A stretch of 52,287 nucleotides of DNA from an uncultured Bacteroides sp. (GCA_944320735.1 CALUIQ010000192.1:1-52287), one strand, 5' to 3'. Positions 33,203-43,528 are shown, counted from the stretch's first letter. The notes: generated by a model not told the origin, from the letters alone. Numbers and translations are program-made.

Positions 33203-34402
33203 TTATTTTCTGTCCTTCTTCAATCGGTCAGCCATGCCTTTCGCCAAGTGGGCGCACTGTTCATAAGTCAGCGGCTTCATGGCTTGTTTCATCTCTACCG
33301 GATCGGCTATCACTTCCACTTTGCTCTTTTCTATCCATTCGCCCATCCGTTTTACGGCGGCACCTGCCCAACAGAAAGAACCGAAATAACCAAAGTAGCG
33401 TCCTTTTACTTCGCGGAGCAATATTTTAGAGAGCAGGGCTTCTACTTCCGGGTAAATTTGGTTACAGTAGGTCGGGCTGCCGACAATCAGTCCGCGGTAT
33501 TTGAAGATATCCATCAGAATGTACGAAGGGTCACTCTTGCTGACGTTGTGCAACACGATGTTCTTGATGCCTTGTGCCGAAAGTTCGGATGCGATGGTTT
33601 CGGCCATTTCCTCCGTATGTCCGTACATGGTGCCGTAGGCTATTACAACGCCTTCTTCGGCCTCATAACGGCTCAGGCGGTCGTAGATGCCTACCACACG
33701 GGCGATGTTTTCCGTCCACACGGGTCCGTGCGTGGAGCAGATGGTTGTGATGGGCAGGCTTCCCAACTTTGCCAGTGCTTTTTGTACCGGGTTGCCATAC
33801 TTGCCTACGATGTTGGAGTAGTAGCGCACCATCTCGTCCCAATATTTGTCCAAATTGATGCGGGTATCGAGGAAACCTCCGTCCAAGGTGCCGAAGCATC
33901 CGAAAGCGTCACCAGCAAACAAAATGCCGTCCGTCTCGTCAAAAGTCATCATAGTTTCCGGCCAATGCACCATCGGGGTGAGGTAGAAACGCAGTTTGTG
34001 ATGCCCCAAGTCGAGGAAATCGCCGTCTTTTACTTCGTAACGTTCGCCCGTCAGTCCATAGAATCCCTCTACCATACCGAAGGTTTGCTTGTTTCCTACG
34101 AGGATAATGTCGGGATATTGCTGCTTGATTAGCCGGATAGAGCCAGAGTGGTCTGGTTCCATATGGTTGATGATGAGGTATTGGATGGGGCGGTCGCCAA
34201 TGACGCTGCGTATTTTGCGCAGGTAGCTTTCAAAGAAGCAAGCGTCTACCGTATCCACTAATGCCACGATGTCATCATCTATCAGATAAGAGTTGTAAGA
34301 GACGCCGTAGGGTAAGGGCCACATACCTTCGAAGAGGTGCTTGTTGCGGTCGTTCACGCCTACATAATGTACTTTGCCTTTAATCAATGTCTTCTCGTTC
34401 AT
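33203..34402 (-). CDS. fprA: FprA family flavodiiron protein (O2/NO reductase)
   Basis: SYNSY, HMEPDH, HWPE, GDAFG, THG diiron ligands; flavodoxin domain YGTMYGHT, GSPT. Confidence 0.93.
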   Translation of the reverse strand: MNEKTLIKGKVHYVGVNDRNKHLFEGMWPLPYGVSYNSYLIDDDIVALVDTVDACFFESYLRKIRSVIGDRPIQYLIINHMEPDHSGSIRLIKQQYPDIILVGNKQTFGMVEGFYGLTGERYEVKDGDFLDLGHHKLRFYLTPMVHWPETMMTFDETDGILFAGDAFGCFGTLDGGFLDTRINLDKYWDEMVRYYSNIVGKYGNPVQKALAKLGSLPITTICSTHGPVWTENIARVVGIYDRLSRYEAEEGVVIAYGTMYGHTEEMAETIASELSAQGIKNIVLHNVSKSDPSYILMDIFKYRGLIVGSPTYCNQIYPEVEALLSKILLREVKGRYFGYFGSFCWAGAAVKRMGEWIEKSKVEVIADPVEMKQAMKPLTYEQCAHLAKGMADRLKKDRK

Positions 34403-34442
34403 ATCTATGTTGTATTAATATACTTTGCAAAAGTACTATTTT

Positions 34443-35375
34443 TTATGGATTTCCAACTAATTTGCCTTGATAAGCTCCAAGTTCTTTCATTCTTTTTTGC
34501 AGACGGTGGTTGAACTCATAGTTTTTAAGCCCCCAATCGGGCGCGATGAGTAGTTCGCGGGGAGATTGGGAAACGAAGCGTTCGAGTACCAAGTCAGGGC
34601 GCAGGCGTTGGATGTAGTCAATGACCAAGTCTATGTATTCGTCCACATCGTGATAGAGGTGGAAATCAGCGGGCGAAGTTTCGTATTCGTGCGCCATGCG
34701 GGTACCTCTTATTAATTGGAGTTGGTGCAGTTTCAGGGTGGCAAGGGGCAGCCTTGAGATGTCTTTGGCTTGGCCGAGAATGTCCGTCCGGCTTTCGCCC
34801 GGCAAGCCTATTATGACGTGTCCGCCCGTTAGGATTCCGCGTGAGGCAGTACGCTCCACGGCGTCTACGGTCGTTTGCCAAGTATGTCCGCGGTTGATGC
34901 GCAGCAGGGTATGGTTGAGACAGCTTTCGATGCCGTATTCTACCAAAAGGAACGTCCGGTGGTTCAGTTCCGCCAGATAGTCCAGCAGGGCAGGGGGCAT
35001 ACAGTCGGGACGCGTGCCGATAACCAGTCCTACGACTCCATCTACAGCCAAGGCCGCTTCGTACTTGCGTTTCAGGGTTTCCAGTTCGCCATAAGTATTG
35101 GTGTATGCCTGAAAATAAGCCAAGTATTTCATCTCGGGGTATTTGTGGGCAAAGAAGGCTTTCCCTTCCTCCAATTGTGTCGTTACTGGTTTCTCCGTGT
35201 GGCAATATTCGGGACTGAACGTTTGGTTGTTGCAATAGGTGCATCCTCCATATCCGCGTGTCCCGTCTCGGTTAGGGCAGGTAAATCCTGCATTAATCGA
35301 AATCTTTTGTACCTTGAAAGGGAAGTATTTCCTTAGGAAAGTCGGGAAGTCGTTGTACAATGTTGGCGCGTCCAT
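34443..35375 (-). CDS. TIGR01212/YhcC family radical SAM protein
   Basis: GFTCPNRDG..GYGGCTYC, YFQAYTNTY, GTRPDC, INRGH, KLHQL; ATG at 35375. Confidence 0.92.
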   Translation of the reverse strand: MDAPTLYNDFPTFLRKYFPFKVQKISINAGFTCPNRDGTRGYGGCTYCNNQTFSPEYCHTEKPVTTQLEEGKAFFAHKYPEMKYLAYFQAYTNTYGELETLKRKYEAALAVDGVVGLVIGTRPDCMPPALLDYLAELNHRTFLLVEYGIESCLNHTLLRINRGHTWQTTVDAVERTASRGILTGGHVIIGLPGESRTDILGQAKDISRLPLATLKLHQLQLIRGTRMAHEYETSPADFHLYHDVDEYIDLVIDYIQRLRPDLVLERFVSQSPRELLIAPDWGLKNYEFNHRLQKRMKELGAYQGKLVGNP

Positions 35376-35399
35376 AGGCTGTCTTTTGAAAGTTTTTTG

Positions 35400-35467
35400 C
35401 AAAGATACATTTTCTGAGGAAACTTTCGCTCTCCAATTTACAATATAAGAGAGAAATTGTATCTTTG
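35400..35467. promoter_or_regulatory. Back-to-back -7 boxes for the radical SAM (-) and DPP-IV (+) genes
   Basis: CAAAGATA at 35400-35407 (TATCTTTG on -) and TATCTTTG at 35460-35467. Confidence 0.7.
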
Positions 35468-35495
35468 TCGGCATAACAACAAAAAATCAATTTCT

Positions 35496-37712
35496 ATGAG
35501 ACAGATAACTCTTACTCTACTTTGCTGCTTGCTCGTACTGACGGCGTATGCGCAAGGTGGCAAACGGCAACTGACGTTGCAAGAAGTCGTGTCGGGACAA
35601 TTCCGTGTACATAATATTTATGGTGTCATCCCCATTCCCGGTGATGGGGAACACTATTCGCAAATGAATGCCGGCGACACGCAAATCATCAAGTATTCTT
35701 ATAAGACCGGCCAACAAGTGGAGGTGCTGTTCGATGTGGCAACCGCCCGCGAATGTCCTTTCAAGCGGTTCGATAGCTATAGCTTTGCGCCCGATGGCTC
35801 CAAACTGCTTATCGCTACGGAGACTACTCCCATTTACCGGCGTTCGTACACGGCCGTACACTATTTGTACAGCTTGAAGCGTAACACGGCTGGCAAGATT
35901 AACAACGTCGTAGAGCGTCTTTCGGATGGAGGGCCGCAACAGGTGCCGGTGTTTTCGCCCGACGGCAATATGGTGGCCTTCGTGCGCGATAACAACATCT
36001 TTCTCGTAAAACTGCTCTATGGTAACAGCGAGAGCCAAGTGACCAAGGACGGTGAGCGTAACAAAGTGCTGAACGGCATCCCCGACTGGGTGTACGAAGA
36101 AGAGTTCGCTTATAACCGTGCGTTGGAGTTCAGCGCGGACAGCAAGATGTTGGCTTTTGTACGCTGGGATGAGAGTGAGGTCTCTTCCTACACATTTCCC
36201 GTGTTTGCCGGCGAGGCTCCCCGGATAGAGGCGTTTACCAAGTATCCGGGTGCTTATACCTATAAATATCCGAAGACTGGCGAGGTAAATTCCAAGGTCA
36301 GCGTGCATACGTTCGACATCAAGAGTAAAGTGACGCGCCAAATAGACGTCCCGTTGGACAAAGACGGCTATATTCCCCGCATCCGTTTCACCAAAGACCC
36401 GGAAAAACTGGCTGTCCTGACGTTGAATCGCCATCAAAACCGTCTCGACTTGTATTTTGCCAATCCCCGCAGTACGGTGTGCAAACTGGTGTTGCGGGAC
36501 GAGAGTGACAAATATATTAAGGAAAGCGTCTTTGATGAAATCGTTTTCTACGACGAACATTTTAGTTTCGTGAGCGAACGGAGCGGTTTCAATCACCTTT
36601 ATTGGTACAATATGACGGGTAGTCTGGCCAAGCAAGTCACTTCGGGCAACTACGAGATGAAGGGCTTTTTGGGCTACGACCCCAAGGAAGGCTCTTTCTA
36701 TTACACTGCCAACGTGGAAGGCCCTCAGTACACGGCTGTGTATAAAACCGACCGCAAAGGGCGGCAGACCAAGCTTTCCTTGCAACAAGGAACAAACACC
36801 GCCCAATTCAGCAGCGATATGAAGTATTACCTCAACCGTTACACTTCGCTCAGCGAACCGCTGGTTATCACGCTGAACAATAACAAAGGGCAAGTGTTGA
36901 CTACCTTGGAAGACAATGCCGCCCTGAAACAGAAGATGGCCACTTACGCCATGCCTGATAAAGAGTTCTTCAGTTTTAATACCACGGACGGTACCTCGCT
37001 GAACGGTTGGATGATGAAACCTGCCGACTTTACCCCAAGCAAGAAATATCCCGTTATCCAATATCAATACAGCGGCCCCGGTTCTCAACAAGTTTTGGAT
37101 AATTTCAGCGTTAGTTGGGAGACCTATATGGCTTCGCAAGGTTATATTATTGTATGCGTGGACGGACGGGGTACCGGAGGACGAGGTGCGGACTTTGAGA
37201 AATGCACCTACCTGAACTTGGGCGTAAAGGAAGCGCGTGACCAAGTGGAGACAGCTCTCTACTTAGGCGGTTTGCCCTACGTGGATAAGAACCGCATCGG
37301 CATTTGGGGCTGGAGCTTCGGCGGCTATATGACCATTATGAGTATGAGTGAGGGCACGCCGGTGTTCAAGGCTGGAGTGGCTGTAGCGGCGGTAACCGAT
37401 TGGAATTACTACGACACCATCTACGGCGAACGCTTTATGCGGACTCCGCAAGAGAATGCGGACGGTTATCGTGCCTCTTCCGCTTTTGCCCGTGCCGACA
37501 AACTGCACGGTAGGTTGCTTCTGGTGCATGGTATGGCAGACGATAATGTACACTACCAGAACTGTGCCGAATATGCTGAACATTTGGTGCAACTGGGCAA
37601 GCAATTCGATATGCAGGTGTACACCAACCGAAACCATAGCATTTTTGGTGGTAACACACGCTTGCATCTGTACACTCGCTTGACGGATTTCTTCAATGCG
37701 CAATTAAAATAA
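35496..37712 (+). CDS. Dipeptidyl peptidase IV (S9B family)
   Basis: Signal peptide; DWVYEEE, YPKTG, catalytic GWSFGG, DDNV, NHSI. Confidence 0.95.
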   Translation: MRQITLTLLCCLLVLTAYAQGGKRQLTLQEVVSGQFRVHNIYGVIPIPGDGEHYSQMNAGDTQIIKYSYKTGQQVEVLFDVATARECPFKRFDSYSFAPDGSKLLIATETTPIYRRSYTAVHYLYSLKRNTAGKINNVVERLSDGGPQQVPVFSPDGNMVAFVRDNNIFLVKLLYGNSESQVTKDGERNKVLNGIPDWVYEEEFAYNRALEFSADSKMLAFVRWDESEVSSYTFPVFAGEAPRIEAFTKYPGAYTYKYPKTGEVNSKVSVHTFDIKSKVTRQIDVPLDKDGYIPRIRFTKDPEKLAVLTLNRHQNRLDLYFANPRSTVCKLVLRDESDKYIKESVFDEIVFYDEHFSFVSERSGFNHLYWYNMTGSLAKQVTSGNYEMKGFLGYDPKEGSFYYTANVEGPQYTAVYKTDRKGRQTKLSLQQGTNTAQFSSDMKYYLNRYTSLSEPLVITLNNNKGQVLTTLEDNAALKQKMATYAMPDKEFFSFNTTDGTSLNGWMMKPADFTPSKKYPVIQYQYSGPGSQQVLDNFSVSWETYMASQGYIIVCVDGRGTGGRGADFEKCTYLNLGVKEARDQVETALYLGGLPYVDKNRIGIWGWSFGGYMTIMSMSEGTPVFKAGVAVAAVTDWNYYDTIYGERFMRTPQENADGYRASSAFARADKLHGRLLLVHGMADDNVHYQNCAEYAEHLVQLGKQFDMQVYTNRNHSIFGGNTRLHLYTRLTDFFNAQLK

Positions 37713-37718
37713 GAAATT

Positions 37719-38579
37719 ATGGTTGAAAGAGTACGCAAACCTGAGTGGCTAAAGGTAAGCATCGGCGCCAACGAGCGTTACGCCGAAACCAAACGTATCG
37801 TAGAATCCCACTGCCTGCATACCATTTGCAGCAGTGGGCGTTGCCCTAATATGGGGGAATGTTGGGGAAGAGGCACGGCTACTTTTATGATAGGAGGTGG
37901 CATCTGCACCCGCAGTTGTAAGTTCTGTAATACGCCTACGGGACGTCCTTTGCCTCTCGACTCTGATGAACCGGCTCACGTGGCCGAATCTGTGCGCTTG
38001 ATGAAGCTCACCCATGCGGTCATTACTTCCGTAGACCGAGACGACTTGCCCGACTTGGGGGCTGCACATTGGGCACATACCATCCGCGAGGTACGCCGTG
38101 TCAATCCGGATACTACGATAGAAGTCCTGATACCCGACTTCCAAGGACGGGAAGAATTGGTGGCGCAAGTGATAGAAGCCAGTCCGGACATCTTGGCGCA
38201 CAATATGGAAACCATACGCCGCATCAGTCCCTTGGTGCGCAGTGCCGCCCGTTATGAAACCAGCCTCCAAGTGCTTCGTCAGATAGCCGGGAGTGGCATC
38301 AAGGCCAAATCCGGCATCATGGTCGGCTTGGGTGAAACGCCCGCCGAGGTAGAGGAACTGATGGATGACTTGTTGCAAGCAGGTTGCCGAATCATGACCA
38401 TCGGCCAATACCTGCAACCCTCACACCGTCATTATCCCGTGGCGGAATACGTCACGCCCGAACAGTTCAAACAATACAAAGAAATCGGATTACGAAAAGG
38501 TTTCGACCAAGTGGAGAGCGGTCCCTTGGTACGTTCGTCCTATCATGCGGAGCAATCCTTCAAGAGCCTAAAGAAATGA
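37719..38579 (+). CDS. lipA: Lipoyl synthase
   Basis: CSSGRCPNMGEC and CTRSCKFC cluster motifs, TSVDRDDL, RSSY. Confidence 0.97.
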   Translation: MVERVRKPEWLKVSIGANERYAETKRIVESHCLHTICSSGRCPNMGECWGRGTATFMIGGGICTRSCKFCNTPTGRPLPLDSDEPAHVAESVRLMKLTHAVITSVDRDDLPDLGAAHWAHTIREVRRVNPDTTIEVLIPDFQGREELVAQVIEASPDILAHNMETIRRISPLVRSAARYETSLQVLRQIAGSGIKAKSGIMVGLGETPAEVEELMDDLLQAGCRIMTIGQYLQPSHRHYPVAEYVTPEQFKQYKEIGLRKGFDQVESGPLVRSSYHAEQSFKSLKK

Positions 38580-38633
38580 GGTTCATTCGGCCAATGCGTA
38601 GGTGGTCTTGAATAAAATGAGGGTGTACCGAAT

Positions 38634-38725
38634 TTGGGAATAAAATACGGAGACACAAAGACACGGAGGAAATATATCTGTAAATCAATGAAATAAAATC
38701 TCTGTGTCTCTGTGTCTCCGTGTTC
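38634..38725. repeat. ACACRGAG/CTCYGTGT hairpin element, copy 2 (between convergent lipA and serS)
   Basis: 81/92 identical to 21970-22061. Confidence 0.92.
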
Positions 38726-38759
38726 TAAGTCATTTCGGCACACCCTTATTTTTCGGCTG

Positions 38760-40034
38760 TCAATCTATCATTTCGAATCCGCAATACGGAACCAATGCTT
38801 TTGGAATGCGGATGCCTTCGGGCGTCTGATTGTTCTCCAGCAAGGCGGCCACGATGCGGGGCAAAGCCAAAGCGGAACCGTTCAGCGTGTGGCAAAGCTC
38901 AATCTTCTTGTCGGCATTGCGGTAACGGCATTTCAGACGGTTGGCCTGGTAAGTGTCGAAGTTGGAAACGGAGCTGACTTCCAGCCAACGTTTCTGTGCT
39001 TCGCTATATACCTCGAAGTCGTAGCAGATGGCAGCCGTAAAGCTCATGTCGCCACCGCAAAGGCGAAGGATACGATAAGGAAGTTCCAACTTCTTCAGCA
39101 ATCCTTCCACGTGGTCTAACATTTCCTGGTGAGACTGGCGGCTGTGTTCCGGCTTGTCGATGCGTACCAGTTCCACTTTGGAGAATTCGTGCAGGCGGTT
39201 CAGGCCGCGCACGTCCTTGCCATAGGAACCGGCTTCGCGACGGAAACATTCGGTGTATGCACAATTCTTGATAGGAAGGTCTTTCTCGTCCAAAATGACA
39301 TCCCGGTAGATGTTGGTTACGGGAACCTCGGCGGTAGGAATCAAGTAAAGGTCGTCCACTTCGCAATGGTACATCTGGCCTTCCTTGTCGGGCAACTGGC
39401 CTGTGCCGTAACCTGAAGCTGCGTTCACCACCGTAGGGGGCATTATCTCGGTGTAACCCGAAGTACGTGCCTCGTCCAAGAAGAAGTTGATGAGGGCACG
39501 TTGCAGGCGGGCACCTTTGCCTTTATATACAGGGAAGCCGGCTCCCGTAATTTTCACGCCCAAGTCGAAGTCGATGATGTCATACTTCTTGGCCAATTCC
39601 CAGTGGGGCAGCGCGTCTTTTGGCAGTTCGGTCTCCATACCACCCATCTTGACCACGAGGTTGTCTTCGGCACCTACACCTTCGGGCACTTCCTCGTAAG
39701 GCACGTTGGGGATGGTGTACAGTAACGTTTGGAGGTCTCCGGCGGCCTGGTCCATGTCAGCCTGCAAAGTCTTGTTGGCCTCTTTCAGTTCAGCCACCCG
39801 TGCTTTGGCTGTTTCCGCCTCTTCCTTTTTGCCTTCTTTCATCAGTATGCCGATGGACTTGGAAAGCGAGTTCACCTCGGCGAGGTTGTTATCCAGTTGG
39901 GATTGTGTACTTCTACGTTTGTTGTTCAGAGCCAGTACCTGTTCGATGGCTTCCTTGGCATTGTTGAAATGCTTCTTCTCCAAACCGCGCACTACGGCAT
40001 CGGTGTTTTCGGTAATTTGTTTGATAGTAAGCAT
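38760..40034 (-). CDS. serS: Seryl-tRNA synthetase
   Basis: N-terminal coiled coil, LIPTAEVP, FRREAGSYGKDVRGLNRLHEF, EVSSVSN, HTLNGSALA. Confidence 0.98.
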   Translation of the reverse strand: MLTIKQITENTDAVVRGLEKKHFNNAKEAIEQVLALNNKRRSTQSQLDNNLAEVNSLSKSIGILMKEGKKEEAETAKARVAELKEANKTLQADMDQAAGDLQTLLYTIPNVPYEEVPEGVGAEDNLVVKMGGMETELPKDALPHWELAKKYDIIDFDLGVKITGAGFPVYKGKGARLQRALINFFLDEARTSGYTEIMPPTVVNAASGYGTGQLPDKEGQMYHCEVDDLYLIPTAEVPVTNIYRDVILDEKDLPIKNCAYTECFRREAGSYGKDVRGLNRLHEFSKVELVRIDKPEHSRQSHQEMLDHVEGLLKKLELPYRILRLCGGDMSFTAAICYDFEVYSEAQKRWLEVSSVSNFDTYQANRLKCRYRNADKKIELCHTLNGSALALPRIVAALLENNQTPEGIRIPKALVPYCGFEMID

Positions 40035-40076
40035 AGCTTTTATCTTGATTTAAAAATGATACTCCGTTTGACGGGG

Positions 40077-40084
40077 CAAAGATA
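40077..40084 (-). promoter_or_regulatory. -7 box (TATCTTTG) of serS
   Basis: CAAAGATA on the + strand about 43 nt upstream of the ATG. Confidence 0.65.
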
Positions 40085-40141
40085 GTCTTTTCTTTTGTAA
40101 AAAAGAAAGCGGATGCAGGGTTTTGACACATACGAAGTTGT

Positions 40142-40993
40142 TTATAGCCGCTCCACATTATTCCGGTAGTCCGTCGGTGACAGACCGGTCTGCCTACGAA
40201 AGTATCTACACAAATAAGAATCGTCCTCAAAATGCATTTCTTCCGCAATCTTCTTGATGCTGAGGTCGGTGTTTGCTAAATAGGTTTTTATCTCCGATAC
40301 GACCTCCTTGTCTATTAATTCCTTGGGAGACGAACGCAACACTTTTTGGCAGAGCTTATATAAATAAGAGGTGGTAATGCAAAGTTTGTCGGCATAAAAC
40401 TGTACGTCGCGGCTTTCCTTGCAGTGAATGACCAACAGGCGGAAAAAGTCGGTCACCAGTTTCCATTGCCGGTTAATGTCCCCTTGCAAAGGCGGAAGTG
40501 TCAGACTAGCTATGCGGCTGTCCATAGCCAAGAGAAACGAATGAAAATGAGTCCTCAGTAAGGCGTCCCGATAGTTGGTCTCCGTATGCGTCTCTATCCA
40601 GCGCATCTGTTCCCACCATCCGTTCAGCAAAGTGGCTTCGTCCGGTGTGGCCCGATATATAGGATGTTCATAGAGAATATTCCAAAAGTGAGGAGAAGGA
40701 ATATCCAAAATGGCTTCTTCCGCCAGGTCATACGATAGGGAGACATAACGGGCGGAAAAGGTTTCGGAGATACGCTCCATGCGAAACACTTCATCATAGA
40801 AGAACAAGGCAAAGCATCCTTTCCGCAAGGCATAGTTGCGGAAGTTGATGGAAGCCACCGCGTAACCGGAAGTGACAAGCAGGAAGACACAGCCATTGGT
40901 GTCTATTAGACTGCCCCGACTTTTCTTCAAGTCGGTAATCCCCACCGCCGAGCGTTCATAAGGGGGACAAAGTGTATATCGGGCATTGGTCAT
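40142..40993 (-). CDS. AraC family transcriptional regulator
   Basis: VQFYADKLCITTSYL, SIKKIAEEMHFEDDSYLCRYFRRQTGLSPTDYR; divergent from the MATE gene. Confidence 0.94.
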   Translation of the reverse strand: MTNARYTLCPPYERSAVGITDLKKSRGSLIDTNGCVFLLVTSGYAVASINFRNYALRKGCFALFFYDEVFRMERISETFSARYVSLSYDLAEEAILDIPSPHFWNILYEHPIYRATPDEATLLNGWWEQMRWIETHTETNYRDALLRTHFHSFLLAMDSRIASLTLPPLQGDINRQWKLVTDFFRLLVIHCKESRDVQFYADKLCITTSYLYKLCQKVLRSSPKELIDKEVVSEIKTYLANTDLSIKKIAEEMHFEDDSYLCRYFRRQTGLSPTDYRNNVERL

Positions 40994-41009
40994 ATCCTCT
41001 TTTTTCCCG

Positions 41010-41113
41010 CAAAAGTAATGATTTAAGGCGTAAGAAAATGATATTTGTCCCGAAAAGTACCATACGGGTAGGAAAAAACACCTCTTTTGTCACTGATTCC
41101 CGACCTATCTTTG
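41010..41113. promoter_or_regulatory. Divergent -7 boxes for araC (-) and MATE (+)
   Basis: CAAAAGTA at 41010-41017 and TATCTTTG at 41106-41113. Confidence 0.65.
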
Positions 41114-41132
41114 CGGGCAAAAAAGAGAATGT

Positions 41133-42500
41133 ATGAGAACAACTATGTCCAGAGCTGAACTTCAGCTTGCAAGGGGGCGTTTGCAGCCCCTTTTTTTCCG
41201 TTATGCCTTGCCCGGAGTGGTAGGTATGTTATTCCTTGCCTTGCAGTCCATCGCCGATGGGTTTATTGTGGGCAGGATGATTGGCGCCACAGCCTTGGCT
41301 GCGGTGAACATCGTCACGCCTGTCTATGCGTTGGTAACCGCCGTAGCCATCATTATCGGTGTGGGTACCCAGGCGCAGATGGGCATCCATATGGGCAGCG
41401 GCAATTACATCCGCGCCAAGGTGGCTCTGCATAGCGGCATATTGGGAGTGACGGCCTTCGTCATTCCGGCAACCGTCTTCATTAACCTTTTTGCAGACCC
41501 GATTGTCGTTTTCTTGGGAGCGAACGCCGAGTTGCTTCCTTTGTCGAAAGCCTATATTCATGGCGTGATGCCGTTGATATTTGGTGTGGGAGGCTTTCTG
41601 TTTTGCGACTACCAACTGAAGGCGTTGGGGCATCCGCGATTTGCCATGATTATTATGGTCTTTACGATTGTGCTCAACATTGGCTTGGGCGTATTGTTTG
41701 TGCTGATGGGTATGGGTACGTTTGGTGTCGGCCTGGGGTTGGGACTGAGTTTCACCATCGGTATGGTGGCTTCAGGCTCCATCATCTGGTGGGAGGTACG
41801 GCATACACCCCACTTACACGAAGTTCGCGGGCCTTTCTCCGGACAGATGCTGTGGCGCATCGCCTACAATGGTTCGTCCGAAGGTTTGGCCGAAGTGTCC
41901 ATTGCCATTACGATGTTTCTCTTCAACCGCACGTTGATGGAGTATGCGGGTACGGACGGAGTGGCCGCCTTCACGCTTATCAACTACATCCTGTTTGTAG
42001 GGGTAAACGTGATGTTCGGTGTGGCAAACGGTGTGATTCCTATCATCAGTTATAACTTCGGAGCCGGCCGCGGAAGCCGCATCCTGGGTATATCCCGCCT
42101 GGCCATTAAGAGTAATCTCTTGATAGGTGCGGTGCTGATGGCCGCCTTATGGCTGTTTGTCAAGTCGATTATCGGATGGTTCATTCCTCCTACGGAAACG
42201 CATGTCATCGAGTTGGCCGTGGGCGGGGCGCACATTGTCGCCTTAGCCTTCTTGTTCAACGGCTTCAACCTCTTTGCCGCCAGTTTCTTTACAGCGGTAG
42301 ACGACGCTTTCCTTTCGCTGGTGGTAGGAGCGTTGCGTGGATTGGTATTGTTGGTAATCTGCATCTTCGTGTTGCCCCATGTGTGGGGAGTTACCGGCAT
42401 TTGGCTGGCTACGCCTGTGGCGGAAATCGGGACTATGCTTATTGTATTCGGTTTGGTCAAGCGGTGGAGGAAACGGCATGACGCCAGCCTTTTGCGGTAG
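41133..42500 (+). CDS. MATE family efflux transporter
   Basis: About 12 hydrophobic segments; YALP, ADGFIVG..G..ALAAVN, PIISYNFGA, GIWLATPVAE. Confidence 0.94.
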   Translation: MRTTMSRAELQLARGRLQPLFFRYALPGVVGMLFLALQSIADGFIVGRMIGATALAAVNIVTPVYALVTAVAIIIGVGTQAQMGIHMGSGNYIRAKVALHSGILGVTAFVIPATVFINLFADPIVVFLGANAELLPLSKAYIHGVMPLIFGVGGFLFCDYQLKALGHPRFAMIIMVFTIVLNIGLGVLFVLMGMGTFGVGLGLGLSFTIGMVASGSIIWWEVRHTPHLHEVRGPFSGQMLWRIAYNGSSEGLAEVSIAITMFLFNRTLMEYAGTDGVAAFTLINYILFVGVNVMFGVANGVIPIISYNFGAGRGSRILGISRLAIKSNLLIGAVLMAALWLFVKSIIGWFIPPTETHVIELAVGGAHIVALAFLFNGFNLFAASFFTAVDDAFLSLVVGALRGLVLLVICIFVLPHVWGVTGIWLATPVAEIGTMLIVFGLVKRWRKRHDASLLR

Positions 42501-42526
42501 GAAAGAAACAACAGAACTCAATCGAT

Positions 42527-43528
42527 ATGGCAAGAAAACTGAACATAACCTGGACGATGGTGGCAGCCGTCCTTATCTGTCTTACCTTGTGTATTGGAGG
42601 AATGTATCTTTCTCACTGGTATGCGGAACGGTATTTCCCGGTATCAGCCGGTGAGAACCCCCAAGCATTGCTGGGTGACAGTTTTGGTGCGGTAAATGCG
42701 CTCATATCGGCTTTCGCTTTTGCGGGTGTCATCGTAGCCATCATCATTGAACGTAACGAACTGATGCTGCAACGGAAGGATTTGTCTATTCAACAGCAGG
42801 AGTTCGCTACGCAAAACGCCACCTTGCAACTGCAACGTTTTGAGAATACCTTTTTCAATATGCTGACCCTGCAGCAACGCATTGTGCTCGACTTGTGCCA
42901 CAAGGACGAACTGACTGGAAAAACAGTGCAAGGCCGCGAACTGTTCTTTTTCTCTTTTGAGATAATGCCCCATATGGTCGCGACAGGCTGTGGCAATCAA
43001 GAAAAGACCGTCAAGGGGATGCGCCATTACTTGAGCGTGAATGGCTTGGCATACTATGACCATTGCCATACTCCGTCTTACTTTGACCATTATTTCAGAC
43101 ACTTGTATACCATCATCAAGTTCATAGACAACTCCGACCTCTTGGCTTTTGATGAGAAATACAAGTATACCACGATGGTGCGCGCCACCCTCTCCCGCTA
43201 CGAGTTGGTGTGGCTCTTCTATAACGGTCTGTCCGTAGCCGGCAATCCGAAGTTCAAGAAGCTGATAGAGAAGTATGCGCTTCTGAAAAATATGCGGGAG
43301 GACTTGCTCACCTTAAGCCGCGAAAATGAGGTCGTGCTTACACGCAAAGGCTTGACCCGGCAAACTTTGCAAGATTACGGATATCCGGGCACGGATTATA
43401 ACTTTTGGGTCACGGCTGATGAGAATGCTCCAGCCCTTTACTACGTCAGTGCTTTCTATAATAAGGATGAATTGCGCGAGGGCATACGGAAAGCGCGGGA
43501 CTGGGAGAACCTGATGAAAATGGGATAA
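42527..43528 (+). CDS. Putative phage abortive infection protein (putAbiC-like), two N-terminal TM helices
   Basis: GDSFG..NAL.S..AF, Q.FENTFFNML..Q, HYFRHLYTIIKFID, Y...VRATLSRYEL..LFYN, FKKLIEKYALLKN match my recollection of the putAbiC family. Confidence 0.78.
   Translation: MARKLNITWTMVAAVLICLTLCIGGMYLSHWYAERYFPVSAGENPQALLGDSFGAVNALISAFAFAGVIVAIIIERNELMLQRKDLSIQQQEFATQNATLQLQRFENTFFNMLTLQQRIVLDLCHKDELTGKTVQGRELFFFSFEIMPHMVATGCGNQEKTVKGMRHYLSVNGLAYYDHCHTPSYFDHYFRHLYTIIKFIDNSDLLAFDEKYKYTTMVRATLSRYELVWLFYNGLSVAGNPKFKKLIEKYALLKNMREDLLTLSRENEVVLTRKGLTRQTLQDYGYPGTDYNFWVTADENAPALYYVSAFYNKDELREGIRKARDWENLMKMG

Noticed and set aside
35517-37244. 575-aa ORF antisense to DPP-IV (and similar shadows such as 707-1693, 5693-6646, 15720-16679)
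   Set aside because: These mirror real genes and show no recognisable domains.
41035-41095. Possible AraC operator (TTTGTC at 41044 and 41086)
   Set aside because: The match is too short to separate from chance in AT-rich promoter DNA.
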